Shown here piece by piece: positions 27,638 through 37,482 of a stretch of DNA of 64,000 nucleotides. The stretch lies in contig JAFURB010000003.1 of the NCBI GenBank assembly GCA_017472065.1, positions 16,524-80,523 on the forward strand, written 5' to 3'. Within the stretch, counting starts at the first letter, position 1; every line of letters begins with the position of its first letter. The notes beneath the pieces were generated by a model, which saw only the letters and a program-made list of their open reading frames with translations, was not told the origin of the DNA and ran no database searches. The translations under genes were made by a program, and so were the position numbers. The stretch is from Alphaproteobacteria bacterium (GTDB lineage Bacteria > Pseudomonadota > Alphaproteobacteria > Rs-D84).

Positions 27638-29725
27638 TTGATGGTAAAAAAACTGGACGATGCAACAAGACTGCTTATTGAGTCTTTGCCAGAAAACTTG
27701 CAAAAACTAGCGGAATCCGCAATCGAGGTTGGTTATATGTCCCAAATGGACTTTACCGCCGCCACCGAAGCGGACGAGGTTCCCGCCGACGAACAGGACG
27801 AGGTTCTGGACTTTTTCCAACAGGACCTGGGACTGGAAGTTTTAGAATCTGACAGTTATCAGCGTGATTTGGGTAAATATTACGACGACGAAGATTCTGA
27901 TGAACCACGCGACAAGACACGCAATCTGTTGAACGCGGATGCCGAACAGGTTGATGTCAACGACGATGATTATGAACACTATGCCAAGCAATTGGAACGC
28001 AGCCAGACCGGCTCATTGGTGCTGGGGGTCCAGGATTCTGTTCAATCGTATTTGAAACAAATTGGTACGGTTCAATTATTAACCGCCGCGGGCGAGGTTG
28101 CAATTGCCCAACGTATCGAGGCCGCATCCCGCCTTATGGTATATGGTCTGTGCGAAAGTCCTATGACAATCCAGGCCATGCTTGATTGGTACCAGCAGTT
28201 ATTAAACGAAGATATTCGTCTGCGCTATATCGTGAATCTGGAAGTTATGTATTCCAGTGAATCTGAACAAAAATCCCTGGCGGCATTGTCTGAGGCATTA
28301 AAGTCCAAGGGTGTCGAACATGTCGATGAATTGGATGATGACGACCTGGACGATTTGGCCGATGCCACCGCCGACGAAGAAGATGAAGAAGACGAAGATT
28401 TAGACGAAGAAGACGGTATCAAAAAAGAAGATACCCCACGTGGCACATCGGGCGTTCCAATTCCTGTGATGGAAGAATCCTTGATGCCAATGGTTACTGA
28501 ATTGTTCGCCAAGATTAAGCGCATATTTAACAGTATGCAGAAATTACAGGCCAAACGCTTGGAAAATCTGTTGTCGTCGGACACGCCGGATGCCGCATTG
28601 GAAAAGAAATATACTAAAATGCGTCTGGAATTGTTTGAACATGTCAGCAAGATTCGCCTGAACGATGACCGTGTTGCGGAAATTCTGGAACAATTGACCA
28701 AGCGCGACCAGTTATTAATGGGGCTAGAAGGAAAATTGTTGCGTTTGGCGATGGCAAATAAAATCAAACGCGAAGATTTCTTGGCCGAATATGTCGGTAA
28801 TGAATTAAACCGTAACTGGGTTAAAAAGTTGGCTAAACATAAAAATGCCACATGGTCGAACTTTGCGAAAAAGCACGAAAAAGATATCTTGAAAATCCAA
28901 GAAGACATCACCGCAATCGCGACTGAAACCGGTCAACCAACCGCAGAATATAAAAAGGTTGTCGAATTAGTTCGTCGTGGCCAGGCCGAAGCCGCCCGTG
29001 CCAAACGCGAAATGATAGAAGCCAACCTGCGTCTTGTTATCAAATTTGCGAAAAAATCCAGCAATCGTGGATTGGGATTGGATTTTTCGGACTTGGTCCA
29101 GGATGGCAATATTGGTTTGATGAAGGCTGTTGATAAATTTGACTATCGTTTAGGTAATAAATTTTCAACATATGCGACAAACTGGATTCAGCAGGGTATT
29201 TCACGCAGTATCGCCGACCAGGCGCGTACAATTCGTATCCCTGTGCATATGATTGATAATATCCACAAGATTCAGCGTGCATCGCGTCAGTTTATGCATA
29301 AATACGGTCGCCAGCCAACCGCCGAAGAATTGTCCAAGATTATATATCTGCCGGTGGACAAAATCCACAAGGCAATGAAGGTTAATCTTAAACCAATTTC
29401 ATTAGAGGCACCCGTCGGCACCGAAGACGACAGTTCGCGTATTGAAATCATTGCGGACGAAACGGCTAAAAATCCGTTCACATCGGCCGCGCAAAAGAAC
29501 CTGCGTAAAATTGTGACCCAGATTCTTTCTGAACTGGATCCCAAGGAAGAAACAGTCCTGCGCCAGCGTTTTGGTATGTCAACGAATAAAACCAGCACCC
29601 TGGAAGAGGTTGGTGAATACATCGGTGTTACCCGTGAACGTATCCGCCAGATTGAACAAAAGGCGTTGAATAAACTGAAACATCCAACACGCGCCCGCAA
29701 ACTGCGTAGTTTCTTAGAAGATTAA
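27638..29725 (+). CDS. rpoD: RNA polymerase sigma-70 (RpoD), with an acidic N-terminal insertion
   Basis: Region 2 NRGLGLDFSDLVQDGNIGLMKAVDKFDYRLGNKFSTYATNWIQQGISRSIADQARTIRIPVHM and region 4 LEEVGEYIGVTRERIRQIEQKALNKL. Confidence 0.95.
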   Translation: MMVKKLDDATRLLIESLPENLQKLAESAIEVGYMSQMDFTAATEADEVPADEQDEVLDFFQQDLGLEVLESDSYQRDLGKYYDDEDSDEPRDKTRNLLNADAEQVDVNDDDYEHYAKQLERSQTGSLVLGVQDSVQSYLKQIGTVQLLTAAGEVAIAQRIEAASRLMVYGLCESPMTIQAMLDWYQQLLNEDIRLRYIVNLEVMYSSESEQKSLAALSEALKSKGVEHVDELDDDDLDDLADATADEEDEEDEDLDEEDGIKKEDTPRGTSGVPIPVMEESLMPMVTELFAKIKRIFNSMQKLQAKRLENLLSSDTPDAALEKKYTKMRLELFEHVSKIRLNDDRVAEILEQLTKRDQLLMGLEGKLLRLAMANKIKREDFLAEYVGNELNRNWVKKLAKHKNATWSNFAKKHEKDILKIQEDITAIATETGQPTAEYKKVVELVRRGQAEAARAKREMIEANLRLVIKFAKKSSNRGLGLDFSDLVQDGNIGLMKAVDKFDYRLGNKFSTYATNWIQQGISRSIADQARTIRIPVHMIDNIHKIQRASRQFMHKYGRQPTAEELSKIIYLPVDKIHKAMKVNLKPISLEAPVGTEDDSSRIEIIADETAKNPFTSAAQKNLRKIVTQILSELDPKEETVLRQRFGMSTNKTSTLEEVGEYIGVTRERIRQIEQKALNKLKHPTRARKLRSFLED

Positions 29726-29727
29726 AA

Positions 29728-29758
29728 CAGACCCGCATATTTATGCGGGTTTTTATGT
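29728..29758 (+). terminator. Terminator after rpoD
   Basis: ACCCGCATA-TTT-ATGCGGGT followed by TTTTTAT. Confidence 0.65.
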
Positions 29759-29779
29759 TAAAACAAAAAAGGAGTAAAA

Positions 29780-30478
29780 ATGTACCAAGGAAAAATCATT
29801 GCCGTCGAAGGTGCCGACAAGGCCGGAAAACACACCCAGGTTACAAAAATTGTAGAATATTTGAAATCAAAGGGGATTTGTTGCCAGACATTGGCCTTTC
29901 CCATGTACACTGTTAATAACTATCCCACCTTTTTTGGTCAGTTTATAAAAGATTATTTGAACGGTAAATTTGGTCCGACCCGTGATCTGCCGGCTGAATA
30001 TACGATGTTGCCATATGCGCTTGACCGACAAAGCAGTATGAAATGGGTAAAACAGTGGATAACAGATGACCGTTGGGTGATTATGGATCGATACACATAC
30101 AGTAATGCATTTTCGATTGCGAAAACCCCACGCGAACAGTGGGATTCCAAGATTGATTTTCTGGAAAATCTTGAATTTGTTAATATGGGAATTTTGCGTC
30201 CAGATTATAATATTTATTTATCGTTGGATCCGCGTGTGGCATATGATATGCGATATACCGGTATGAAGGAATATCAAAACGGCAAACCAGATATACATGA
30301 ATCCGATTTGAAATTATTGACTGATGTTTCTGATGTTTATCGTCACATTGCGTCGCGTGATCCAAAGAAATGGACAATTGTTGATGAAATGCGCCCTGAT
30401 GGCACCCGCATGACCATTGACCAGGTTTTTGATGCCATCCGCCCTACAATTGATGGATTTATTCAAAAAACACGTTGA
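29780..30478 (+). CDS. Thymidylate kinase-like P-loop kinase (divergent)
   Basis: P-loop IIAVEGADKAGKHTQ and a DRY-type motif MDRYTYSNAFSIAK, as in dTMP kinases. Divergent enough that the substrate is uncertain. Confidence 0.5.
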   Translation: MYQGKIIAVEGADKAGKHTQVTKIVEYLKSKGICCQTLAFPMYTVNNYPTFFGQFIKDYLNGKFGPTRDLPAEYTMLPYALDRQSSMKWVKQWITDDRWVIMDRYTYSNAFSIAKTPREQWDSKIDFLENLEFVNMGILRPDYNIYLSLDPRVAYDMRYTGMKEYQNGKPDIHESDLKLLTDVSDVYRHIASRDPKKWTIVDEMRPDGTRMTIDQVFDAIRPTIDGFIQKTR

Positions 30479-30490
30479 TAAGATGTTATG

Positions 30491-30522
30491 AAAACCCGGG
30501 GCAATCCCCGGGTATTATTTTT
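30491..30522. terminator. Bidirectional terminator
   Basis: CCCGGGG-CAAT-CCCCGGG followed by a T-rich tail. Confidence 0.6.
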
Positions 30523-30979
30523 CCATTTTATCTAGAATTGCATCCAGTTTACGCAAAGAACTGTTTGCACAACCACGACCCGTCCAATGTAGCAATTCTT
30601 CACCAGTTACATTATCTGCAATAGAAACATTGAAACGCAACCACCAGAACCCGTTTAGCGAACACCAAATTGGTCTAAACTTATTAACAGATTCAGATAT
30701 GAATACAATATATTTAGCCTTGCCTACTTCGGATGCCGATATTTTTGAATCAGTTCCCTCTGCGGTAATGTATGTAGTTGAAACGCTAGACTTTACGTGC
30801 CCCACCGTCAGGTTGTACCCGCGTTCTTCCATTAATTGCTTGGCGCCTAATTGCATCAGGTTTCCACCAGAATCGACATAAAAAACTTCGTGTTTATCCA
30901 ATGTACCTGGTTTCATATTCACATGGTTGCACGCAGCCAGGGTTGTAATTAAGATTAACGATAATAATTTTTGAAACAT
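30515..30979 (-). CDS. Lipoprotein (154 aa)
   Basis: MFQKLLSLILITTLAACNH lipobox. Confidence 0.55.
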   Translation of the reverse strand: MFQKLLSLILITTLAACNHVNMKPGTLDKHEVFYVDSGGNLMQLGAKQLMEERGYNLTVGHVKSSVSTTYITAEGTDSKISASEVGKAKYIVFISESVNKFRPIWCSLNGFWWLRFNVSIADNVTGEELLHWTGRGCANSSLRKLDAILDKMEK

Positions 30980-31448
30980 TTCCCATAATCCTTTTTGCTG
31001 ATTTTATGCCACCGCCGCGAATAAGACAAGATAAAATATAACTTGCGAAACGGAATTTTATCCTGTATGATTGACATGAACTTAATGGGAATTGGGTTCA
31101 AGGGCCGTAAGAAAGCCCGGTTTACGCGGCGCAGAATGCGTTGTATCCATTTTTTAGGTTGCGACGCAATGCGCCGTTTCCTGGCCAGAACGGTCGGGAA
31201 GCCGCCGGTTATAAAACAGGTTTGATATAACCAAAGGCCGTCGGGGGCGACTCGTAAATCCGCTTTTCTTAACTTCCCGGTCACTTGTTTCAGGTGGCTT
31301 TTTTTATTTCCATTTTCCTGTTTTGTTTCCATGAAATATGGGTGGGTGTGGCGCATCGCAAGACCGCCAGAATTGGTCGATTTTATATACTTTAAGTCAC
31401 CCAGTTGTTTGAACCCCACCCGTTTTTATAAAACCAAGGGGGAATCCT

Positions 31449-32282
31449 GTGCCAAAAGTTTCTGTCTTAATGCCAGTATACAATACACGAGAAGATTATC
31501 TGCGATCGGCAATTGAAAGTATTCTTGATCAAACATTTACAGATTTTGAATTTATAATTATTAATGACGGTAGTACAGAAATTGACCCCACGCCGATAGT
31601 CAAGTCTTACAAAGATTCGCGCATCAAGTATTATAAAAATAGCAAGAACAAAGGATTGGTTTTTACTCGTAATCGCTTAATGGCATTGGCAACTGGAGAA
31701 TTTATTGCTTGGATGGACAGTGATGATATTTCATTACCACATCGTTTGGCTACTCAATTAAAATATTTTGTAAATCATCCAGATGTGTCCATTGTAGGGT
31801 CGTGGATTCGTGTTTTCCCGATGCCAGATAAAGGTGGACATCAAAAAGAAAATATTGGTGTTTTGGATGTGTTGCGTGGCTGGCCATTAAACAACCCAAC
31901 TGTTATGTGGCGTCGTGCAGATATAGAAAAACATGAACTGAAATACGATGATAAATTTCCCGTTGCCGAAGATTATGATTTTTGGTCCCGGGCTGTGCGG
32001 GTTTTGAAAATAGCCAATGTGCAAGAGGAATTATTGATGTACAGGCGTATGGGGCAGAATATATCAGTGTCGCGTGGTGAACAAATGGAAAAATTGGATA
32101 AACAGATTAAACAGTCCCTATTGGACTTATTAACAGGTGATTTATATCTGCAAAAAGAGATAACAAAGTTAATCAAGAGAAATCCACGTAAAAAAATATT
32201 TTATAAAGAGATTTTGCCAAACAAACAACGTGATATTTGGGTGTTGGGTATGCGTTTGTTTTCTTACAAGGTGACCCATTAA
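31449..32282 (+). CDS. Family 2 glycosyltransferase (GTG start)
   Basis: VSVLMPVYNTREDYLRSAIESILDQTFTDFEFIIINDGSTE is a GT2 N-terminal signature; DSDD motif (WMDSDDISLP). RBS AAGGGGG upstream. Confidence 0.8.
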   Translation: MPKVSVLMPVYNTREDYLRSAIESILDQTFTDFEFIIINDGSTEIDPTPIVKSYKDSRIKYYKNSKNKGLVFTRNRLMALATGEFIAWMDSDDISLPHRLATQLKYFVNHPDVSIVGSWIRVFPMPDKGGHQKENIGVLDVLRGWPLNNPTVMWRRADIEKHELKYDDKFPVAEDYDFWSRAVRVLKIANVQEELLMYRRMGQNISVSRGEQMEKLDKQIKQSLLDLLTGDLYLQKEITKLIKRNPRKKIFYKEILPNKQRDIWVLGMRLFSYKVTH

Positions 32283-32319
32283 TACTATTAAAAATCAAAT
32301 AGCATAAAAGGGGATTTGC

Positions 32320-34269
32320 ATGCCAAAAGTATCCGTAATTGTTCCTTGTTATAATGTTTCGCAATATATAGACATGTGTCTGGATTCTTTGGTGAATCAG
32401 ACATTGAAAGATATTGAAATTATCTGTGTTGATGATTGTGGTACCGACGACACCATGGACACGGTTCGTAAATATGCTGCAAATGATAAGCGCATAAAAA
32501 TAGTAAAGAACAAACAAAACAGTGGTTTGTCAGAAAGTCGCAATAATGGTATTCGACACAGTTCTGCAGAATATATAATGTGCTGTGATTCGGATGATTT
32601 TTATGCGCCCGATATGTGTGCCAAGATGTATGATGCGATAACATCTGAAAATGCTGACATTGGTATATGCGGAACAAATGTTATTTACGAGGCCGACCAC
32701 CACATGCAGAAATCAGACGAAGGTTATTTTACAATCAGACACAATGGTACTGTTGATTTCAGCAGTTCCGATTTTTCCAAATATCCGGTATGTGCATGGA
32801 ATAAGATATATCGTCGGGATATTATTTTTGAACATGATGTTTGGTTTCCGCGTGGCCTAAAATACGAAGATGAATTTTTCTTTCCTGCATATTGTTCATA
32901 TGTTAAACGGGCGGCCCTGGTATCTGATAAATTGTACCAGTATCGTCGCCGCGCGGGTTCTATTATGAATCAGACATTTCGTCGTGTTGCAAAATGTAAC
33001 ATGGATTATATCAAAATTGCGATTGCGTGGCACGATTGGGCGGTGTCGCACAATGTTTTTGACGCACATTCAGATTGGTTCTGGATAAATATGTTTTTAC
33101 CAATGTTGCGTAATTCATTAAAGAATTCAGACAGAAAATATCACGATGATATTTACAGGACTGCATGCGAATTTATAGATAAATCATATGTTGCACAAAA
33201 TTCATTATTTCATGCATCGCGGTGCATAGATGTTATTCGCAAACATAATGTGATGCCACGCAAATATTTGTTTGGTTTATTGCGCGTACAAAATGATGCA
33301 CTGCGTTGCGATGTAAAGTTTGCAGGTATCAGTATCTTCAAGGTAAAACGCACCCACGCACGCAGTTTGTATTATTTATTTGGCATGCGAATTGCCAAGT
33401 CTGTAAATAAATATACAATTTGCATCCCGCGCACCATCAACGCATTAGACCTAGATAATACACAACTGATATCTGTGTTGCGTGAAATGGGTGAATTTAC
33501 ATATATTCCAAATGGCGGGAATATTGGTGATATGTTAATCGCATCATCAACCATGGCATTTTTCGATGATAATGATATATCATATACCATGTATAATGGT
33601 AATTCTGCACCGAATATTGTTTATGGCGGTGGTGGCATTTGGACATCCAGTTATGAACGCGATTGGTCTAAATTTTTACCGATTTTCCAATCTGCCCAAC
33701 GTGTTGTTATTTTGCCCAGTTCATTTAATGGTTGTCAAAAACTATTAGATATATTGGATGAACGATTTACGGTATTTTGTCGCGAAGAAAAAAGTTACAA
33801 ATACCTGAAATCAGCAAACACAGGTGCGAAAATTTTACTGGATCATGATATGGCGCTTCGCATGTCGCCAAAAATATTGTCTGTTCCACTAAAATATTCT
33901 GAAAAGACATCAAATGTACTTGGTAATATTGCATGGGGTCGGATTCCGCGAAATGTTGCATATTTTATGCGTACTGATTGCGAAAGTTCGGGGCATTACA
34001 CCAGTGATATGGATGTGTCGGACCTGGCATATGGTTCATCAACCAGTTCGACCGATTACATAAACTTTTGCGCGCTGTTAATGCTGACCATTGTTAATAT
34101 CCCAGATGTAATTGTCACAGACCGTCTGCACGTTGGTATTGCGGGATTATTGATGGGGAAAACGGTTTATTTGCTGGATAATTCATATGGAAAATTATCC
34201 GGTGTATATAAAAATTCATTAAAACAATTCAAAACCATGCATTTCTGTACCGAAATGCCAAATTTATAA
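32320..34269 (+). CDS. Bifunctional protein: N-terminal GT2 glycosyltransferase plus C-terminal polysaccharide pyruvyl transferase-like domain
   Basis: N-terminus VSVIVPCYNVSQYIDMCLDSLVNQT...CVDDCGTDDT (GT2). C-terminal half has GGNIGDMLIA and VTDRLHVGIAGLLMG, which resemble the GNxGD and DRLH motifs of CsaB/WcaK-type pyruvyl transferases. Confidence 0.65.
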   Translation: MPKVSVIVPCYNVSQYIDMCLDSLVNQTLKDIEIICVDDCGTDDTMDTVRKYAANDKRIKIVKNKQNSGLSESRNNGIRHSSAEYIMCCDSDDFYAPDMCAKMYDAITSENADIGICGTNVIYEADHHMQKSDEGYFTIRHNGTVDFSSSDFSKYPVCAWNKIYRRDIIFEHDVWFPRGLKYEDEFFFPAYCSYVKRAALVSDKLYQYRRRAGSIMNQTFRRVAKCNMDYIKIAIAWHDWAVSHNVFDAHSDWFWINMFLPMLRNSLKNSDRKYHDDIYRTACEFIDKSYVAQNSLFHASRCIDVIRKHNVMPRKYLFGLLRVQNDALRCDVKFAGISIFKVKRTHARSLYYLFGMRIAKSVNKYTICIPRTINALDLDNTQLISVLREMGEFTYIPNGGNIGDMLIASSTMAFFDDNDISYTMYNGNSAPNIVYGGGGIWTSSYERDWSKFLPIFQSAQRVVILPSSFNGCQKLLDILDERFTVFCREEKSYKYLKSANTGAKILLDHDMALRMSPKILSVPLKYSEKTSNVLGNIAWGRIPRNVAYFMRTDCESSGHYTSDMDVSDLAYGSSTSSTDYINFCALLMLTIVNIPDVIVTDRLHVGIAGLLMGKTVYLLDNSYGKLSGVYKNSLKQFKTMHFCTEMPNL

Positions 34270-34281
34270 AAAGGGGAAAGT

Positions 34282-35328
34282 ATGACGGATAAAATTGTAA
34301 AATTTATTGAAATGGCGGTTCCAACATGGCCATGTAATTTTAGATGTCAATATTGTTATGTTGGCCAACATTATTCTGATATTGAACGTGGCAAGGTTCA
34401 AAAATTTGAATACACACCTGAACAAATTGCAAATGCGTTAAGCCGTGAACGCTTGGGTGGAACGGCAATGATGAATTTTTGTGCAAATGGTGAAACATTA
34501 ATCTTGCCGATAAATCTTGAATATATCAAAGCGATATTGGCCCAGGGACACTTCGTTATGGTTGTTACAAACATGACCCAGACCAAGGCATTAAAAGAAT
34601 TATGTGAATTGCCGGCCGAATGGCGCGAAAGATTGTTTTTGAAGTGTTCATTTCATTGGATGGAATTAAAACGGTTGGATATGCTGGATTTGTTCGTTGA
34701 AAATGTTCAAATGTGTTGGGATGCCGGAATCAGTCAAACAATTGAAATAACACCCCACGATGAATTGATACCGGAAATCCCAGAAATCAAAGAATTTTCA
34801 TTAAAACATTTTGGCGCATTGCCACATATTACAATTGCGCGTGATGAAAATAATGAACTTAAGAAGTTAACGAAATTATCGGATTCAGAATATGAAAAAA
34901 TTTGGGGGCAATTTGATTCTGCGTTGTTTAGCTACAAATTACGCACATGGGGAAAAAAAGTAAAGAATTATTGTTATGTAGGCGAATGGGGGTATTCGAT
35001 AAATATAGCAAATGGGAAAATTTATAAATGTTCATCATGTGGCTTTGTTGGCAATTTGGTAAAAAACACATATAAATCATTACCTAAAAAACCGGCTTGT
35101 ACGAAGTGTCCATTCAGACATTGTTACAACTCTCATGGGTGGCTGGGTTTTGGTGGCATGGTCCCAGAACTTGCAAAAGAAACCTATGCACAAATGCGAG
35201 ACAGAGTTCGTAATGATGGTACTCATTGGGTCTTGCCGCGGATGTTAAAGGTGTTTGAAACAAGGGTTTCAGATAATCATAAAGAGCATTCTGTAATCAA
35301 AAAGTTTTATAAAAGACTGATGTCCTGA
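34282..35328 (+). CDS. Radical SAM domain protein with a Cys-rich C-terminal (SPASM-like) region
   Basis: CNFRCQYC (Cx3Cx2C) near the N-terminus; C-terminal CSSCGFVGN...CTKCPFRHC cluster. Sits in the polysaccharide gene cluster. Confidence 0.6.
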   Translation: MTDKIVKFIEMAVPTWPCNFRCQYCYVGQHYSDIERGKVQKFEYTPEQIANALSRERLGGTAMMNFCANGETLILPINLEYIKAILAQGHFVMVVTNMTQTKALKELCELPAEWRERLFLKCSFHWMELKRLDMLDLFVENVQMCWDAGISQTIEITPHDELIPEIPEIKEFSLKHFGALPHITIARDENNELKKLTKLSDSEYEKIWGQFDSALFSYKLRTWGKKVKNYCYVGEWGYSINIANGKIYKCSSCGFVGNLVKNTYKSLPKKPACTKCPFRHCYNSHGWLGFGGMVPELAKETYAQMRDRVRNDGTHWVLPRMLKVFETRVSDNHKEHSVIKKFYKRLMS

Positions 35329-35358
35329 TAAAAAACTGGGGCGATGCCCCAGTTTTTT
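35329..35358. terminator. Bidirectional terminator
   Basis: CTGGGGC-GAT-GCCCCAG flanked by A6 and T6 runs. Confidence 0.65.
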
Positions 35359-36010
35359 ATGCGCTGATACCACATGCGTACCAATATACTGCATTGTTCG
35401 TTGTTAATTTGTTAATCGTAAATTTATCCAGTGATACGGTGCGAACCACAATTGAATTTTGTTCGGTTACCGCCGTGTCGATTACTTTGGTTAAAATAAC
35501 ATTTGGTGTAATACTAAAACTTAGTGGGAAATTTGTGATGACCGATGTTGTGCCGGCATTTTTTGGAATCATACCCCCCATTTCAATCCAGCCGCTTTTA
35601 TATTTCCGGTACCATGTATAGTTGTTTTCCGCCGTTGGTAATTGGCTTTCCACAACCCAATCGCCGTTCACATCCGTCACGCGTGCCATCGCAACACCAC
35701 CCGTTGTTTCGCCATCATGAACGCGTACTGTTTTTGCATCCATGTCCACGGTGATTTCACCCGGCACACCTGTATATGCATCATTGACCGCCCCGTCACC
35801 GCGTTTAGGCACCAGGTTATGACTCTTGTTCGCGTCATCCAGTATTTCTTGCATCTGTACACCACACATTTTTTCATACATCGTGTTCAGTATTGCGCGC
35901 CGTTCATATGGCTGGAATTCGTGGTCATTTTCTACCCGATCGACCAGTCGCGTTAACACATTTCCCATTGCGTTCAGTATTTCTGATAATTCTGATTTTG
36001 GTAAAGACAT
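35357..36010 (-). CDS. Hypothetical protein (217 aa)
   Basis: Clean ORF. No confident motif, though the C-terminal region is Thr/Asn-rich and fibre-like. Confidence 0.45.
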   Translation of the reverse strand: MSLPKSELSEILNAMGNVLTRLVDRVENDHEFQPYERRAILNTMYEKMCGVQMQEILDDANKSHNLVPKRGDGAVNDAYTGVPGEITVDMDAKTVRVHDGETTGGVAMARVTDVNGDWVVESQLPTAENNYTWYRKYKSGWIEMGGMIPKNAGTTSVITNFPLSFSITPNVILTKVIDTAVTEQNSIVVRTVSLDKFTINKLTTNNAVYWYACGISA

Positions 36011-36184
36011 AATTTGTTTATCCTTTGGTTAAAATTATGTCGCCCCAGTTGTTTGAATAAAAAAATCCTGCATGTTTGCAGGATAAAAAAAGGCTGCACA
36101 TCTGCGCCGCCATCTTCCCAGATTATACCACAAAACATGCCAAAAATCAATCATAAATACCACGATAAATAAAAGTTTATATTA

Positions 36185-36460
36185 AAGTTCAAAGTGCATA
36201 GTGCAAAGTTCAAATGTGGAAAAATTAAACACTATCGTCATACCGGCGAAGGCCGGTATCCACTGCGTTCTTCTTAATTTCGAAACTAGGTGGAATACAA
36301 TGGACCCCGGCCTAGCATCACCCACAAAATTTTCAATTTTGCAGGACCCGAACGCCGGGGTGACGGCTTTAAGAGTTTCTTAGATAAACTTTTATTTATA
36401 ATAAGTATTAATTAATAGAATCTACAATTGCACTTTGAACTTTGCACTCTGCACTTTGAA
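36185..36460. mobile_element. MITE-like element: ~33-bp imperfect terminal inverted repeats flanking a ~210-bp core with GC-rich palindromes
   Basis: Left inverted repeat AAGTTCAAAGTGCATAGTGCAAAGTTCAAATG (36185-36217); right inverted repeat (reverse complement) TTCAAAGTGCAGAGTGCAAAGTTCAAAGTGCAATTG (36427-36460). The core contains ATACCGGCGAAGGCCGGTAT and GACCCGAACGCCGGGGTGACGG palindromic segments. No transposase ORF. Confidence 0.5.
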
Positions 36461-36491
36461 AAAAATCCCGCCAACGGCGGGATTTTTTTTT
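36461..36491. terminator. Bidirectional terminator (also terminates the minus-strand tRNA-Arg)
   Basis: A7-TCCCGCC-AAC-GGCGGGA-T9. Confidence 0.65.
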
Positions 36492-36495
36492 ATCT

Positions 36496-36572
36496 TGGCG
36501 CACCCGGCGCGATTCGAACGCGCAATCCCCGCCTTCGGAGGGCGATGCTCTATCCAATTAAGCCACGGGTGC
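36496..36572 (-). tRNA. tRNA-Arg (anticodon CCG)
   Basis: Reverse complement GCACCCGTGGCTTAATTGGATAGAGCATCGCCCTCCGAAGGCGGGGATTGCGCGTTCGAATCGCGCCGGGTGCGCCA: cloverleaf with anticodon loop CTCCGAA, T-arm GCGCG-TTCGAAT-CGCGC, encoded CCA. Total 77 nt. Confidence 0.85.
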
Positions 36573-36624
36573 ATCGTCGTATATTATAAATATTTACATT
36601 GAAAATGCAAGTGTGCTGGGCGGT

Positions 36625-37428
36625 CTATTTTATCCTGGCTGCAATATCGTTTTTGAACGCGCGCAACTTTTTCTGGATTTTTCTGGCCGCCAACCCGGCA
36701 CGGATAAATTTACGGTCCAATTTGCGATGTGTGATACTGTCGTAATAATCCATCAGTTCTTCGGACATGTCGGGTAATGGAAAACCGTCCAACAATGAAA
36801 TCATTGCAAATTCTTCGGATGCCAGGGCAATTCCCGTCACATCAATAATTTGGTCCAGTGTGCCGTCTTTTTTGCAGATTATGTTTGCCGGGTGCAAATC
36901 GCAGTGTAACAATCGCACATTGTGATATTGCGATGTAGCCTTGATAATCGCATTAAACAGTGCCTTGGGGCGGGCAACGGTTGGTGAAATTTTGTAAACA
37001 TCATAAAAATATTTGCCGCCTGATGAATATATTTCATCAAGGCTGCAATCGGCCAATCGGGCTTGGAAATCCAGAACCTGTTTATATGTGTCAAAAATCT
37101 TGTCGTAGCCGGGCAGTTTGGCAATAAATTCGGCCAGTGTGGGGTTGGGGTTATATTTATAAACCTCGTACCATTGGGCAAAGTACCCATGAATATTGAT
37201 TTTTGGGATATTGAACCCCTTGCGGGTTAAATTTTCAGACACTTGTTTGTCGCGCGTGGCGATGCGTGAATCTACGAATTTACAGATAATTGGACCGCGT
37301 TTGCGCGTGTCTGCCAGAAAGATTGGTTTGTTTGGTGTACACCCATCAGGTGTTCTGATGTTTGTTGCGTTTGGAAAACTGTTTTTTATCGCGGCGTGAA
37401 AAAAAGTGTGTTTATCTAAATCTTCCAT
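36625..37428 (-). CDS. Protein kinase-like phosphotransferase (APH/choline-kinase family)
   Basis: LLHCDLHPANIIC (HxDxxxxN catalytic loop) and IIDVTGIA (DxxG-like metal-binding region). Confidence 0.6.
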   Translation of the reverse strand: MEDLDKHTFFHAAIKNSFPNATNIRTPDGCTPNKPIFLADTRKRGPIICKFVDSRIATRDKQVSENLTRKGFNIPKINIHGYFAQWYEVYKYNPNPTLAEFIAKLPGYDKIFDTYKQVLDFQARLADCSLDEIYSSGGKYFYDVYKISPTVARPKALFNAIIKATSQYHNVRLLHCDLHPANIICKKDGTLDQIIDVTGIALASEEFAMISLLDGFPLPDMSEELMDYYDSITHRKLDRKFIRAGLAARKIQKKLRAFKNDIAARIK

Positions 37429-37482
37429 AATTGTTTGCCTTGGGGAAATAATTTTAGACTAGATTTTTATAATGTCAAGCAT

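Noticed and set aside
30955-31419. 154-aa very basic minus-strand ORF between the lipoprotein and the glycosyltransferase operon
   Set aside because: There is no RBS, the composition is odd (Arg/Lys-rich), and it overlaps the lipoprotein gene start region. The region is more likely the 5' leader or regulatory region of the polysaccharide operon. It is somewhat GC-rich, so an sRNA cannot be excluded.
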